A program made the translations under genes and the position numbers. From assembly GCA_028534125.1 (NCBI GenBank), contig CM052837.1:1798001-1862000 (forward strand): a stretch of DNA of 64,000 nucleotides, in the 5' to 3' direction. Below the pieces are notes generated by a model. It was not told where the DNA came from and searched no databases. It was given only the letters and a program-made list of their open reading frames with translations. The DNA is from Lama glama. Taxonomy: Eukaryota. Below, in pieces: positions 63,290 to 64,000 of the stretch; position 1 is the stretch's first letter; each line of letters opens with the position of its first letter.

Positions 63290-64000
63290 GAAAGGCCCTC
63301 GAGTCCCAGGAAGAATTCGTGAAACAGACGCCGACCTTAACAGACATTTGACTTTCAGGGATGAAGAAAAAAATGATAGAGACTTCCAAACAGAAACCAC
63401 AGTTATTCCGAAGGAATGAGGCAGATATTAGCACTGAATATCTAATCTAATCTGCAAGCCTGGAAGCTAGAACTCGTCTGTCCGTCTGTCTCTTTCTCAG
63501 AACCTCACTTCATATCACGTACAAAGCACACGTCACATTGATTTAGGGCCTAAGTTGATTTAAGGTCTAAATATAAAAACCAAGTACTCGAGAACTTGGG
63601 GAAAGTCTGGGGGAATGTGTAAATGTGGGAAGTAGTAGGTCGCCTTTGTAGGGATAAGGCCCACAAACCACAGAAGAAAGGAGGTTCGACTTTATTTTTA
63701 AAAATAGAAAAAGATTTATATGTCAAAAGATAACATAAAGCCAGGCCCAAGCAATAGACTGTGAGAAGCATCTGTAACATCATGGCTGTTGGGGGAGTTC
63801 GTATCTCTGCTGTATAAAAGCGTCTACAAGTCAATAAGAAGACAGCCTAATTGGAAAATGGACAAAGAGGTGAAAGGCAGTTCACGGAAGAGGAAATAAA
63901 ACTGACTGAATTCACCAGCACTCAGGGAAACACAGTTAGTTCTGAGCCATGATGAGAGATCTTTATTCACCCATCAGGTAGACAAAAAACAAAAAATCCT
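63290..64000 (+). mobile_element. Old L1M ORF2-region relic; ends approximate
   Basis: aacctcacttcatatcacgtacaaa...; ctaattggaaaatggacaaagaggtgaaaggcagttcacggaagaggaaata. Confidence 0.6.

Overview
This is mammalian genomic DNA, most likely camelid: it carries tRNA-Ala-derived SINEs of the Vic-1 type and artiodactyl-type L1 3' ends. The one protein-coding gene I can support is the 5' part of RALGAPA2 (Ral GTPase-activating protein catalytic subunit alpha-2) on the + strand. It has a CpG-island promoter (~28.7-30.0 kb), exon 1 (ATG 29663) and exons 4-9 (45782-62047), all with GT-AG sites and consistent phases from exon 4 onward. Exons 2-3 were not found and probably lie in a 500-N scaffold gap (41467-41966). 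The first ~28 kb is intergenic: L1, L2, MIR and LTR relics plus several enhancer-like motif clusters. Nearly all ORFs in the supplied track are spurious. I see no prokaryote-type system (CRISPR etc.) and cannot support a wholly new biological system. The best leads are: a candidate upstream micro-exon with ATG in phase with RALGAPA2 exon 2; a 32-bp minisatellite built from CTCF-like motifs; a dyad-symmetric ZNF143/CCAAT promoter; AT-to-GC-biased divergence of exons 6, 8 and 9; and a triple-nested MER5A1>SINE>L1 insertion. Repeat family names and comparisons with human RALGAPA2 come from memory of consensus sequences, not from a search.
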